Assembly: GCA_002269645.1 (NCBI GenBank)
Contig: NIVC01000051.1
Coordinates: 186,001-250,000 of the forward strand
Source: Macrostomum lignano
Lineage: Eukaryota
DNA: 64,000 nt
Direction of reading: 5' to 3'
Shown: positions 38,829-56,753 of the stretch, one piece after another
Layout of the letters: the number at the start of each line of letters is the position of its first letter
How positions within the stretch are numbered: the stretch's first letter is position 1
Translations under genes and position numbers: made by a program
The notes under the pieces: model-generated
What the model was told of the DNA's origin: nothing
The model's database searches: none
Seen by the model: only the letters and a program-made list of their open reading frames with translations

Positions 38829-40189
38829 CTTGTTCACCTGCGTGATCATCAGCTGACAAGTGTTTTTTCGTGATTTGTCTGTGACTCTTGAATGTAGATC
38901 TCATTCTGTTTCATGTACAGATAATAAAAGAACTAGATGGGCCACTCAGCCGTAGATACTTAGTAAAACAGCTTTCCACTTTCAGTTCAGTAGCAAGTAT
39001 AAGTTATTTAAGTCTGCTGTTTTTTATCCCAGGTCGCTAGTTTTGTTTTAATGTATGGCTGCCATTCAACTGCTAATCCCTTTCCCCTGTCTTTCCCTGC
39101 ATTTTCTCCCGTATCCTCTCCCTTCACCCTCTCCCCTCTCCCTTTACCTATCTCCCTTCACCCTCTCCCTTTACCTATCTCCCTTCACCCTCCCCCCTCT
39201 CCCTTTACCTATCTCCCTTCACCCTCTCCCCTCTCCCTTCTCCCCTCCCTCGCTTACTTCTCCATTCTCCCTTCTCACTCTTCTCTCTGCCCTCTCCCCT
39301 CCCCTCTGCTCAATTCCTTACTTTCCCCTTTCTCTGCTTCAACATTTGTCTACTCCCCTCTATTTTGGCATGCTTAGCACTATCTCTGTACTAAGCATAT
39401 TTTGCATGCATCTTACGTAAGCTACGATACATATCGGCATACCGACAACTGGCAGTAGTTTGAATGGTAATCTCTGATTCTCAGACATCCTATGAGTACA
39501 AGTGAATTTTTGTGAAATGAATAACGGCACTGTTGCACAATACCCCATCGTTTCCACAACTAAAGTGCTCCTGTCCAGTATTGATTTTGTACCTAGCCGC
39601 CCAGATCAAACGGTTTTTTCGCGTGATGTTACTTAATTAACCCAGTAAAGTGTTTTTTGCTACAAAGAGTATCATAATTTTTATCAACTTACTAAACTAA
39701 TCTCCTTGCCATTAATTTGTTTTGCTTTTTAATGAAACCAAAGTATGAAACAAAAAATTAGCTAATATTTTAATAGAATGCTTATATATAGATGCATTTC
39801 GCCGACTAATTTATGTGTGCCTTGCATGCGCCTATTGCACTACTACTTTTTGCACGATAGTAGCATGCTCCGAACATGACGCCTGTTTTTCTTAAAGGAT
39901 TACCTAATTTGTTGTTTTCGAAAATAACAGTTGCTACCTATCACTCTATAGTACGAGTTTGTGCATATAAATTGTTCACAAACGTAAAAAACTGCAACCT
40001 TTAATTTTGCCTTTTCTCCTTCGTTTTTCTTCTTTGCTGTTCTTGTTTTTTGCTTGTTGCGTTTTAATTATATGGTTAATATGATCTCGAATGGTAACTT
40101 TCAGGTTTGTTTGATTTTATTTCTTTAGTTTGATTTTCACTATCTATTGATATCTAGGTCAATAAGGCTACTCATAAAGTCTCTGAGGT

Positions 40190-43100
40190 CATTCCACTCA
40201 GGTCATTAATCTACCCACTCAAGTCATTAGGCTACCAACTCGGGTCATTAAGCTACCCACTCAGGTCATTAGGCTACCAACTCGGGTCATTAAGCTACCC
40301 ACTCAGGTCATTAGGCTACCAACTCGGGTCATTAAGCTACCCACTCAGGTCATTAGGCTACCAACTCGGGTCATTAAGCTACCCACTCAGGTCATTAGGC
40401 TACCAACTCGGGTCATTAAGCTACCCACTCAGGTCATTAGGCTACCAACTCGGGTCATTATGCTACCCACTCAGGTCATTAGGCTACCAACTCGGGTCAT
40501 TAAGCTACCCACTCAGGTCATTAGGCTACCAACTCGGGTCATTAAGCTACCTACTCAGGTTATTAAGCTAATCACTCAAGTCATTAGGCTACTCACTCAG
40601 GTCATTAGGCTACCAACTCGGGTCATTAAGCTACCCACTCAGGTCATTAGGCTACCAACTCGGGTCATTAAGCTACCCACTCAGGTCATTAAGCTACCTA
40701 CTCAGGTTATTAAGCTAATCACTCAAGTCATTAGGCTACTCACTCAGGTCATTAGGCTACCAACTCGGTTCATTAAGCTACCCACTCAGGTCATTAGGCT
40801 ACCAACTCGGGTCATTAAGCTACCCACTCAGGTCATTAGGCTACCAACTCGGGTCATTAAGCTACCCACTCAGGTCATTAGGCTACCTACTCAGGTCATT
40901 AGGCTACCAACTCGGGTCATTAAGCTACCCACTCAGGTCATTAGGCTACCAACTCGGGTCATTAAGCTACCCACTCAGGTCATTAGGCTACCCACTTAAG
41001 TCACTAGGCTAATCACTCAAGTCATTAGGCTACCAACTCGGGTCATTAAGCTACCTACTCAGGTCATTAGGCTACCCACTCAAGTCACTAGGCTACCTAC
41101 TCAGGTCATTAGGCTACCCACTCAGGTCATTAGGCTACCAACTCGGGTCATTAAGCTACCCACTCAGGTCATTAGGCTACCTACTCAGGTCATTAGGCTA
41201 CAAACTCGGGTCATTAAGCTACCCACTCAGGTCATTAGGCTACCTACTCGGGTCATTAAGCTACCCACTCAGGTCATTAGGCTACCAACTCGGGTCTTTA
41301 AGCTACCCACTCAGGTCATTAGGCTACCTACTCGGGTCATTAAGCTACCCACTCAGGTCATTAGGCTACCAACTCGGGTCATTAAGCTACCAACTCGGGT
41401 CATTAAGCGACCAACTCGGGTCATTAAGCTACCAACTCGGGTCATTAGGCTACCAACTCGGGTCATTAGGCTACCAACTCGGGTCATTAGGCTACCCACT
41501 CAGGTCATTAGGCTACCTACTCAGGTCATTAAGCTACCCACTCAGGTCATTAGGCTACCTACTCAGGTCATTAAGCTACCCACTCAGGTCATTAGGCTAC
41601 CTACTCAGGTCATTAGGCTACCAACTCGGGTCATTAAGCTACCCACTCAGGTCATTAGGCTACCAACTCGGGTCATAAAGCTACCCACTCAGGTCATTAG
41701 GCTACCAACTCGGGTCATTAAGCTACCCACTCAGGTCATTAGGCTACCTACTCAGGTCATTAAGCTACCCACTCAAGTCACTAGGCTAATCACTCAAGTC
41801 ATTAAGCTACCCACTCAGGTCATTAGGCTACCTACTCAGGTCATTAGGCTACCCACTCAAGTCACTAGGCTAATCACTCAAGTCATTAGGCTACCCACTC
41901 AGGTCATTAGGCTACCAACTCGGGTCATTAAGCTACCCACTCAGGTCATTAGGCTACCAACTCGGGTCATTAAGCTACCCACTCAGGTCATTAGGCTACC
42001 AACTCAGGTCATTAAGCTACCCACTCAGGTCATTAAGCTACCCACTCAGGTCATTAGGCTACCTATTCAGGTCATTAAGCTACCCACTCAGGTCATTAGG
42101 CTACCTACTCAGGTCATTAGGCTACCAACTCGGGTCATTAAGCTACCCACTCAGGTCATTAGGCTACCAACTCGGGTCATTAAGCTACCCACTCAGGTCA
42201 TTAAGCTACCCACTCAGGTCATTAGGCTACCAACTCAGGTCATTAAGCTACCCACTCAGGTCATTAGGCTACCAACTCGGGTCATTAGGCTACCCACTCA
42301 GGTCATTAGGCTACCAACTCAGGTCATTAAGCTACCCACTCAGGTCATTAGGCTACCAACTCAGGTCATTAAGCTACCCACTCAGGTCATTAGGCTACCA
42401 ACTCGGGTCATTAAGCTACCCACTCAGGTCATTAGGCTACCTACTCAGGTCATTAAGCTACCCACTCAGGTCATTAGGCTACCAACTCGGGTCATTAAGC
42501 TACCCACTCAGGTCATTAGGCTACCAACTCGGGTCATTAAGCTACCCACTCAGGTCATTAGGCTACCAACTCGGGTCATTAAGCTACCCACTCAGGTCAT
42601 TAGGCTACCAACTCGGGTCATTAAGCTACCCACTCAGGTCATTAAGCTACCTACTCAGGTTATTAAGCTAATCACTCAAGTCATTAGGCTACTCACTCAG
42701 GTCATTAGGCTACCAACTCGGGTCATTAAGCTACCCACTCAGGTCATTAGGCTACCAACTCGGGTCATTAAGCTACCCACTCAGGTCATTAGGCTACCAA
42801 CTCGGGTCATTAAGCTACCCACTCAGGTCATTAGGCTACCTACTCAGGTCATTAGGCTACCAACTCGGGTCATTAAGCTACCCACTCAGGTCATTAGGCT
42901 ACCAACTCGGGTCATTAAGCTACCCACTCAGGTCATTAGGCTACCCACTTAAGTCACTAGGCTAATCACTCAAGTCATTAGGCTACCAACTCGGGTCATT
43001 AAGCTACCTACTCAGGTCATTAGGCTACCCACTCAAGTCACTAGGCTACCTACTCAGGTCATTAGGCTACCCACTCAGGTCATTAGGCTACCAACTCGGG

Positions 43101-46100
43101 TCATTAAGCTACCCACTCAGGTCATTAGGCTACCTACTCAGGTCATTAGGCTACCAACTCGGGTCATTAAGCTACCCACTCAGGTCATTAGGCTACCTAC
43201 TCGGGTCATTAAGCTACCCACTCAGGTCATTAGGCTACCAACTCGGGTCTTTAAGCTACCCACTCAGGTCATTAGGCTACCTACTCGGGTCATTAAGCTA
43301 CCCACTCAGGTCATTAGGCTACCAACTCGGGTCATTAAGCTACCAACTCGGGTCATTAAGCGACCAACTCGGGTCATTAAGCTACCAACTCGGGTCATTA
43401 GGCTACCCACTCAGGTCATTAGGCTACCTACTCAGGTCATTAAGCTACCCACTCAGGTCATTAGGCTACCTACTCAGGTCATTAAGCTACCCACTCAGGT
43501 CATTAGGCTACCTACTCAGGTCATTAGGCTACCAACTCGGGTCATTAAGCTACCCACTCAGGTCATTAGGCTACCAACTCGGGTCATTAAGCTACCCACT
43601 CAGGTCATTAGGCTACCAACTCGGGTCATTAAGCTACCCACTCAGGTCATTAGGCTACCTACTCAGGTCATTAGGCTACCCACTCAAGTCACTAGGCTAA
43701 TCACTCAAGTCATTAAGCTACCCACTCAGGTCATTAGGCTACCTACTCAGGTCATTAGGCTACCCACTCAAGTCACTAGGCTAATCACTCAAGTCATTAG
43801 GCTACCCACTCAGGTCATTAGGCTACCAACTCGGGTCATTAAGCTACCCACTCAGGTCATTAGGCTACCAACTCGGGTCATTAAGCTACCCACTCAGGTC
43901 ATTAGGCTACCAACTCAGGTCATTAAGCTACCCACTCAGGTCATTAAGCTACCCACTCAGGTCATTAGGCTACCTATTCAGGTCATTAAGCTACCCACTC
44001 AGGTCATTAGGCTACCTACTCAGGTCATTAGGCTACCAACTCGGGTCATTAAGCTACCCACTCAGGTCATTAGGCTACCAACTCGGGTCATTAAGCTACC
44101 CACTCAGGTCATTAAGCTACCCACTCAGGTCATTAGGCTACCAACTCAGGTCATTAAGCTACCCACTCAGGTCATTAGGCTACCAACTCGGGTCATTAGG
44201 CTACCCACTCAGGTCATTAGGCTACCAACTCAGGTCATTAAGCTACCCACTCAGGTCATTAGGCTACCCACTCAAGTCACTAGGCTAATCACTCAAGTCA
44301 TTAGGCTACCAACTCGGGTCATTAAGCTACCCACTCAGGTCATTAGGCTACCAACTCAGGTCATTAAGCTACCCACTCAGGTCATTAGGCTACCAACTCG
44401 GGTCATTAAGCTACCCACTCAGGTCATTAGGCTACCAACTCGGGTCATTAAGCTACCCACTCAGGTCATTAGGCTACCAACTCGGGTCATTAAGCTACCC
44501 ACTCAGGTCATTAGGCTACCAACTCGGGTCATTAAGCTACCCACTCAGGTCATTAGGCTACCAACTCAGGTCATTAAGCTACCCACTCAGGTCATTAGGC
44601 TACCAACTCGGGTCATTAAGCTACCCACTCAGGTCATTAGGCTACCAACTCGGGTCATTAAGCTACCCACTCAGGTCATTAGGCTACCAACTCGGGTCAT
44701 TAAGCTACCCACTCAGGTCATTAGGCTACCAACTCGGGTCATTAAGCTACCCACTCAGGTCATTAAGCTACCTACTCAGGTTATTAAGCTAATCACTCAA
44801 GTCATTAGGCTACTCACTCAGGTCATTAGGCTACCAACTCGGGTCATTAAGCTACCCACTCAGGTCATTAGGCTACCAACTCGGGTCATTAAGCTACCCA
44901 CTCAGGTCATTAGGCTACCTACTCAGGTCATTAGGCTACCAACTCGGGTCATTAAGCTACCCACTCAGGTCATTAGGCTACCAACTCGGGTCATTAAGCT
45001 ACCCACTCAGGTCATTAGGCTACCACTTAAGTCACTAGGCTAATCACTCAAGTCATTAGGCTACCAACTCGGGTCATTAAGCTACCTACTCAGGTCATTA
45101 GGCTACCCACTCAAGTCACTAGGCTACCTACTCAGGTCATTAGGCTACCCACTCAGGTCATTAGGCTACCAACTCGGGTCATTAAGCTACCCACTCAGGT
45201 CATTAGGCTACCTACTCAGGTCATTAGGCTACCAACTCGGGTCATTAAGCTACCCACTCAGGTCATTAGGCTACCTACTCGGGTCATTAAGCTACCCACT
45301 CAGGTCATTAGGCTACCAACTCGGGTCTTTAAGCTACCCACTCAGGTCATTAGGCTACCTACTCGGGTCATTAAGCTACCCACTCAGGTCATTAGGCTAC
45401 CAACTCGGGTCATTAAGCTACCAACTCGGGTCATTAAGCGACCAACTCGGGTCATTAAGCTACCAACTCGGGTCATTAGGCTACCAACTCGGGTCATTAG
45501 GCTACCAACTCGGGTCATTAGGCTACCCACTCAGGTCATTAGGCTACCTACTCAGGTCATTAAGCTACCCACTCAGGTCATTAGGCTACCTACTCAGGTC
45601 ATTAAGCTACCCACTCAGGTCATTAGGCTACCAACTCGGGTCATTAAGCTACCCACTCAGGTCATTAGGCTACCTACTCAGGTCATTAGGCTACAAACTC
45701 GGGTCATTAAGCTACCCACTCAGGTCATTAGGCTACCTACTCGGGTCATTAAGCTACCCACTCAGGTCATTAGGCTACCAACTCGGGTCTTTAAGCTACC
45801 CACTCAGGTCATTAGGCTACCTACTCGGGTCATTAAGCTACCCACTCAGGTCATTAGGCTACCAACTCGGGTCATTAAGCTACCAACTCGGGTCATTAAG
45901 CGACCAACTCGGGTCATTAAGCTACCAACTCGGGTCATTAGGCTACCAACTCGGGTCATTAGGCTACCAACTCGGGTCATTAGGCTACCCACTCAGGTCA
46001 TTAGGCTACCTACTCAGGTCATTAAGCTACCCACTCAGGTCATTAGGCTACCTACTCAGGTCATTAAGCTACCCACTCAGGTCATTAGGCTACCTACTCA

Positions 46101-48283
46101 GGTCATTAGGCTACCAACTCGGGTCATTAAGCTACCCACTCAGGTCATTAGGCTACCAACTCGGGTCATTAAGCTACCCACTCAGGTCATTAGGCTACCA
46201 ACTCAGGTCATTAAGCTACCCACTCAGGTCATTAAGCTACCCACTCAGGTCATTAGGCTACCTATTCAGGTCATTAAGCTACCCACTCAGGTCATTAGGC
46301 TACCTACTCAGGTCATTAGGCTACCAACTCGGGTCATTAAGCTACCCACTCAGGTCATTAGGCTACCAACTCGGGTCATTAAGCTACCCACTCAGGTCAT
46401 TAAGCTACCCACTCAGGTCATTAGGCTACCAACTCAGGTCATTAAGCTACCCACTCAGGTCATTAGGCTACCAACTCGGGTCATTAGGCTACCCACTCAG
46501 GTCATTAGGCTACCAACTCAGGTCATTAAGCTACCCACTCAGGTCATTAGGCTACCAACTCAGGTCATTAAGCTACCCACTCAGGTCATTAGGCTACCAA
46601 CTCGGGTCATTAAGCTACCCACTCAGGTCATTAGGCTACCAACTCAGGTCATTAAGCTACCCACTCAGGTCATTAGGCTACCAAATCGGGTCATTAAGCT
46701 ACCCACTCAGGTCATTAGGCTACCAACTCGGGTCATTAAGCTACCCACTCAGGTCATTAGGCTACCTATTCAGGTCATTAAGCTACCCACTCAGGTCATT
46801 CAGGCTACCTACTCAGGTTATTAAGCTAATCACTCAAGTCATTAGGCTACTCACTCAAGTCATTAAGCTACCCACTCAGGTCATTAGGCTACCTACTCAG
46901 GTCATTAAGCTACTCACTCAAGTCATTAAGCTACCCACTCAGGTCATTAGGCTACCAACTCGGGTCATTAAGCTACCCACTCAGGTCATTAGGCTACCTA
47001 CTCAGGTCATTAGGCTACAAACTCGGGTCATTAAGCTACCCACTCAGGTCATTAGGCTACCTACTCGGGTCATTAAGCTACCCACTCAGGTCATTAGGCT
47101 ACCAACTCGGGTCTTTAAGCTACCCACTCAGGTCATTAGGCTACCTACTCGGGTCATTAAGCTACCCACTCAGGTCATTAGGCTACCAACTCGGGTCATT
47201 AAGCTACCAACTCGGGTCATTAAGCGACCAACTCGGGTCATTAAGCTACCAACTCGGGTCATTAGGCTACCAACTCGGGTCATTAGGCTACCAACTCGGG
47301 TCATTAGGCTACCCACTCAGGTCATTAGGCTACCTACTCAGGTCATTAAGCTACCCACTCAGGTCATTAGGCTACCTACTCAGGTCATTAAGCTACCCAC
47401 TCAGGTCATTAGGCTACCTACTCAGGTCATTAGGCTACCAACTCGGGTCATTAAGCTACCCACTCAGGTCATTAGGCTACCAACTCGGGTCATTAAGCTA
47501 CCCACTCAGGTCATTAGGCTACCAACTCAGGTCATTAAGCTACCCACTCAGGTCATTAAGCTACCCACTCAGGTCATTAGGCTACCTATTCAGGTCATTA
47601 AGCTACCCACTCAGGTCATTAGGCTACCTACTCAGGTCATTAGGCTACCAACTCGGGTCATTAAGCTACCCACTCAGGTCATTAGGCTACCAACTCGGGT
47701 CATTAAGCTACCCACTCAGGTCATTAAGCTACCCACTCAGGTCATTAGGCTACCAACTCAGGTCATTAAGCTACCCACTCAGGTCATTAGGCTACCAACT
47801 CGGGTCATTAGGCTACCCACTCAGGTCATTAGGCTACCAACTCAGGTCATTAAGCTACCCACTCAGGTCATTAGGCTACCAACTCAGGTCATTAAGCTAC
47901 CCACTCAGGTCATTAGGCTACCAACTCGGGTCATTAAGCTACCCACTCAGGTCATTAGGCTACCAACTCAGGTCATTAAGCTACCCACTCAGGTCATTAG
48001 GCTACCAAATCGGGTCATTAAGCTACCCACTCAGGTCATTAGGCTACCAACTCGGGTCATTAAGCTACCCACTCAGGTCATTAGGCTACCTATTCAGGTC
48101 ATTAAGCTACCCACTCAGGTCATTCAGGCTACCTACTCAGGTTATTAAGCTAATCACTCAAGTCATTAGGCTACTCACTCAAGTCATTAAGCTACCCACT
48201 CAGGTCATTAGGCTACCTACTCAGGTCATTAAGCTACTCACTCAAGTCATTAAGCTACCCACTCAGGTCATTAGGCTACCTAC
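40190..48283. repeat. 8.1-kb satellite of 21-bp units (CTACCCACTCAGGTCATTAGG / CTACCAACTCGGGTCATTAAG), ~385 units with higher-order structure
   Basis: Alternating A/B units; rare variants recur at near-multiples of 21 bp. Confidence 0.98.
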
Positions 48284-48315
48284 TGAAATAATTAGGCTAC
48301 AGACCAAGCCGCCCG

Positions 48316-53181
<4,866 letters not shown>

Positions 53182-53474
53182 GCGGAGAGCAGAGGACTGA
53201 ATTCTGTGCTTGTGTGTTTAACTCTGCACCGTCTGTCCGTTGTTGTAACGCATTGGCTAATAGGAAACACAAAACCAATCTATGCTTAGCACTCTTGCGA
53301 AGTTTCCACTTTGGCTCTGTAAGTTTGCATTAAAATTAATCGATTTTGGGATTTACATTGTTGTGTGCATCATCTATCTGTGTAATGCTGGGCCACTGTT
53401 ATCAGCGAATTTCTTGTGTGTTTAGCACTCCGGAAATATATTTATGCTAAAAAATTTCAGCTTAGATACTGAAT

Positions 53475-54580
53475 TGCTGGGCCAGCCTCCCAGATCCTCA
53501 GTTGCTGGACTAGCCTCCCAGATCCTCAGTTTCTGGGCCAGCCTCCCAGATCCTCAGTTGCTAGGCCAGCCTCCCAGATCCTCAGTTGCTGAGCCATCCT
53601 CCCAGATCCTCAGTTGCTAGGCCAGCCTCCCAGATCCTCGGTTACTGGACTAGCCTCCCAGATCCTCAGTTTCTGGGCCAGCCTCCCAGATCCCCAGTTG
53701 CTGGGCCAGCCTCCCAGATCCTCGGTTACTGGGCCAGCCTCCCAGATCCTCAGTTGCTAGGCCAGCCTCCCAGATCCTCAGTTGCTGAGCCATCCTCCCA
53801 GATCCTCAGTTGCTAGGCCAGCCTCCCAGATCCTCGGTTACTGGACTAGCCTCCCAGATCCCCAGTTGCTGGGCCAGCCTCCTAGATCCTCAGTTGCTGG
53901 GCCAGCCTCCCAGATCCTCAGTTGCTGGGCCAGCCTTCCAGATCCTCAGTTGCTGGGCCAGCCTCCCAAATCCTCAATCCTCAGTTGCTGGGCCAGCCTT
54001 CCAGATCCTCAGTTGCTGGGCCAGCCTCTCAAATCCTCAGTTTCTGGGCCAGCCTCCCAGATCCTCAGTTGCTGGGCCAGCCTTCCAGATCCTCAGTTGC
54101 TGGGCCAGCCTCTCAAATCCTCAGTTTCTGGGCCAGCCTCCCAGATCCTCAGTTGCTGGGCCAGCCTCCCAGATCCTCAGTTTCTGGGCCAGCCTCCCAG
54201 ATCCTCAGTTGCTGGGCCAGCCTCCCAGATCCTCAGTTTCTGGGCCAGCCTCCCAGATCCTCAGTTGCTGGGCCAGCCTCCCAGATCCTCAGTTTCTGGG
54301 CCAGCCTCCCAGATCCTCAGTTGCTGGGCCAGCCTCCCAGATCCTCAGTTTCTGGGCCAGCCTCCCAGAGGGTCAGTTTCTGGGCCAGCCTCCCAGATCC
54401 TCAGTTTCTGGGCAGCCTCCCAGATCCTCAGTTGCTGGGCCAGCCTCCCAGATCCTCAGTTTCTGGGCCAGCCTCCCAGAGTGTCAGTTGCTGGGCCAGC
54501 CTCCCAGATCCTCAGTTTCTGGGCCAGCCTCCTAGATCCTCAGTTGCTGGGCCAACCTCCCAGATCCTCAGCTGCTGGGC
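53475..54580. repeat. 28-bp minisatellite, second array of the 35833-36262 family
   Basis: Same unit and orientation. Confidence 0.95.
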
Positions 54581-56753
54581 CTCTTCCGCCATCGCCCCTG
54601 TCTTTAACTGCCAATTAATAGCTTAAAGCATGAACAGACAGTCTGTTAACTCACACCCCAGTATCGTGTTCCGGTTTTGTTATAATAATTGCCATAAAAA
54701 ATTGTTTTATCTTTTTCGCCCAACCTTCTGTCTCTAAGTAATATTCTTGTGTTTCTGGTGTTGCTTGTTCTCTGTTTTTTATTTTATTATTTTTCCTTGT
54801 CTTTTTTTAGGTAGTTTCGTAGCCCCTGATCTTAGTTTTGAAGCAGTGAAATTAATTTTGATTGATTGATATGTTTCTCTTAATAGCATACTTCCCCAAG
54901 CCCATAATGACTGCTTATTTAATTATTAGTTATCCTGTATGTTATTTTTACGTTAACTCCCAATTCTCAATTTTATTTGCGTGTCTTTTTGTCAAGCGTT
55001 GTTTTTCTCTATGTTGTCTATTATCCTCATTATTTATCATTTGTGCTTCACTTGGGCGAGAATAAAAAAATAATAATAATAACAATACAATGACACTTAA
55101 CTATTCAAGTTGGCTATGCGTGATTAAAAATGATCGATCGATGTTTTACAGTTTTATTGATTTTTTATCCCACTCAATAGAAGTACTACTTAATAGAAGT
55201 AGTATGATGGGTATACTATCCGGCGAGGGCCGGATATATGAGTGGCTTTGCGGATTCCTGATGCATTGAGTTTAGATCGGCACGTTTTTCATATGGACAA
55301 TGAAAACAAATAATTTTTTTAAAAATCCGATCATTCAGCATTGTCCGTTGGCGAATCTGACCCGATTTTGCGCTCTCAGAAAATTCTCGCTCTGTGTGTA
55401 TTTATTGGAACAGAAACAAAGCTAACAATACTCGAATCAGGATTTGTTACAGTACTTATATCTGGGTGCCAAGAGTTAGGAGAAAAATGTTTAGGCGGGA
55501 ATAGGAATAGCCTTAAATGGCTTATGGAATTTTTTTTTAAATATAAATAATAATAATTAATGTAGATTCGCACGTTAAGTACTTAATATTACTAGATTTA
55601 AAAGTAAAATTGAAAATAAAACATTTTGATTATATTAGCAATAGCGGCCTAGCAGGATGCTGCTAGGCTTATTTTTAAAAATAAACAAAAAATCATAGCG
55701 TTTTCTTCGCGATAAAAAGCAGAAAAAGTTGTGAAAAATTTCGGATTTTAAATTTGCATTATTAATTTACATGTTCACGTCAAATGTTATGCCTGTAAAA
55801 AGGTTTTTTAAGCACAGCACAGCTTTGCAATTAGGAATGTTATTAAATTAGCTATTAAGTCAAAACGTTTAGTCCAGTAACTCCAGTTAGTTACAGTGTA
55901 ATAAATATGTAATATATTTAATAGAAAAAGTGGCTTAAAACAGCAAAAAACGCCGATTTTCTTATATTGCACTGGAAATGGCGACAGTGAAGATGGCTGC
56001 TTTAAAGAAAAATTGTGGTGCAGTTGTGTTTTTCATATGTATCTATAATCAAACACAAGTTATCTTAATTGTTTTACAACGCGCCGGAGGTGTCGGAAAC
56101 GTTGGAAAAGGGATTTTCCTAGTTTTTGGCGTAGCAGGCTATCCATCCATTATTATATAACCAAGGGTGCCCCAGCCCTGTTTTTCTATCCCCGCTAAAT
56201 TACTACTATTTGCTGCTATACTGTGTATGTACATTAGTTATAAATAAGTACATTAGCTACAGCATAAGCCATAAGGGTTGGTAGAGGCTTATTGATTTTC
56301 TAGCCGGCCATTTAACCCCACCCCCCTCTTTAGCTATCTATTGAATAGCTGTGCTGTTGAGCGTGTGAGGTTGAGTGAAGGGAATGTACATTTATCGATT
56401 TTTCTCGTCTATTTTTCAGCCCAGCTACCTCGTAGTATATATATATATATATATATTAAATACTACTGTATAGTGCCGAATTGCTAGCTAGAGCTAATTA
56501 TCGTGTTTTCTGAGCACGTTCATGTTGTATCATTAAAACAAAATAAGTACTTGCATGTATTACCAGCTGACGGTACTTGTTTCACAAAAAAATCGCATGA
56601 CGAATCGTATGACGGGTAAAACGAATAATAAAAACTTTAATTAGCTAGTCAAGCAACTGAAAAGTGTTGAATTTTTATCAGAAATTTCTCATCATACAAT
56701 GCATATTTTGTGATTTCGGTTAAATAAATAAGTCATACACGATTAGGTCAGGT

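Noticed and set aside
38920-39042. Possible final SETD3 exon IIKELDGPLSRRYLVKQL..
   Set aside because: Phase-compatible with CAG|GTTAAG at 38820, but the similarity to the SETD3 tail is too weak to assert.
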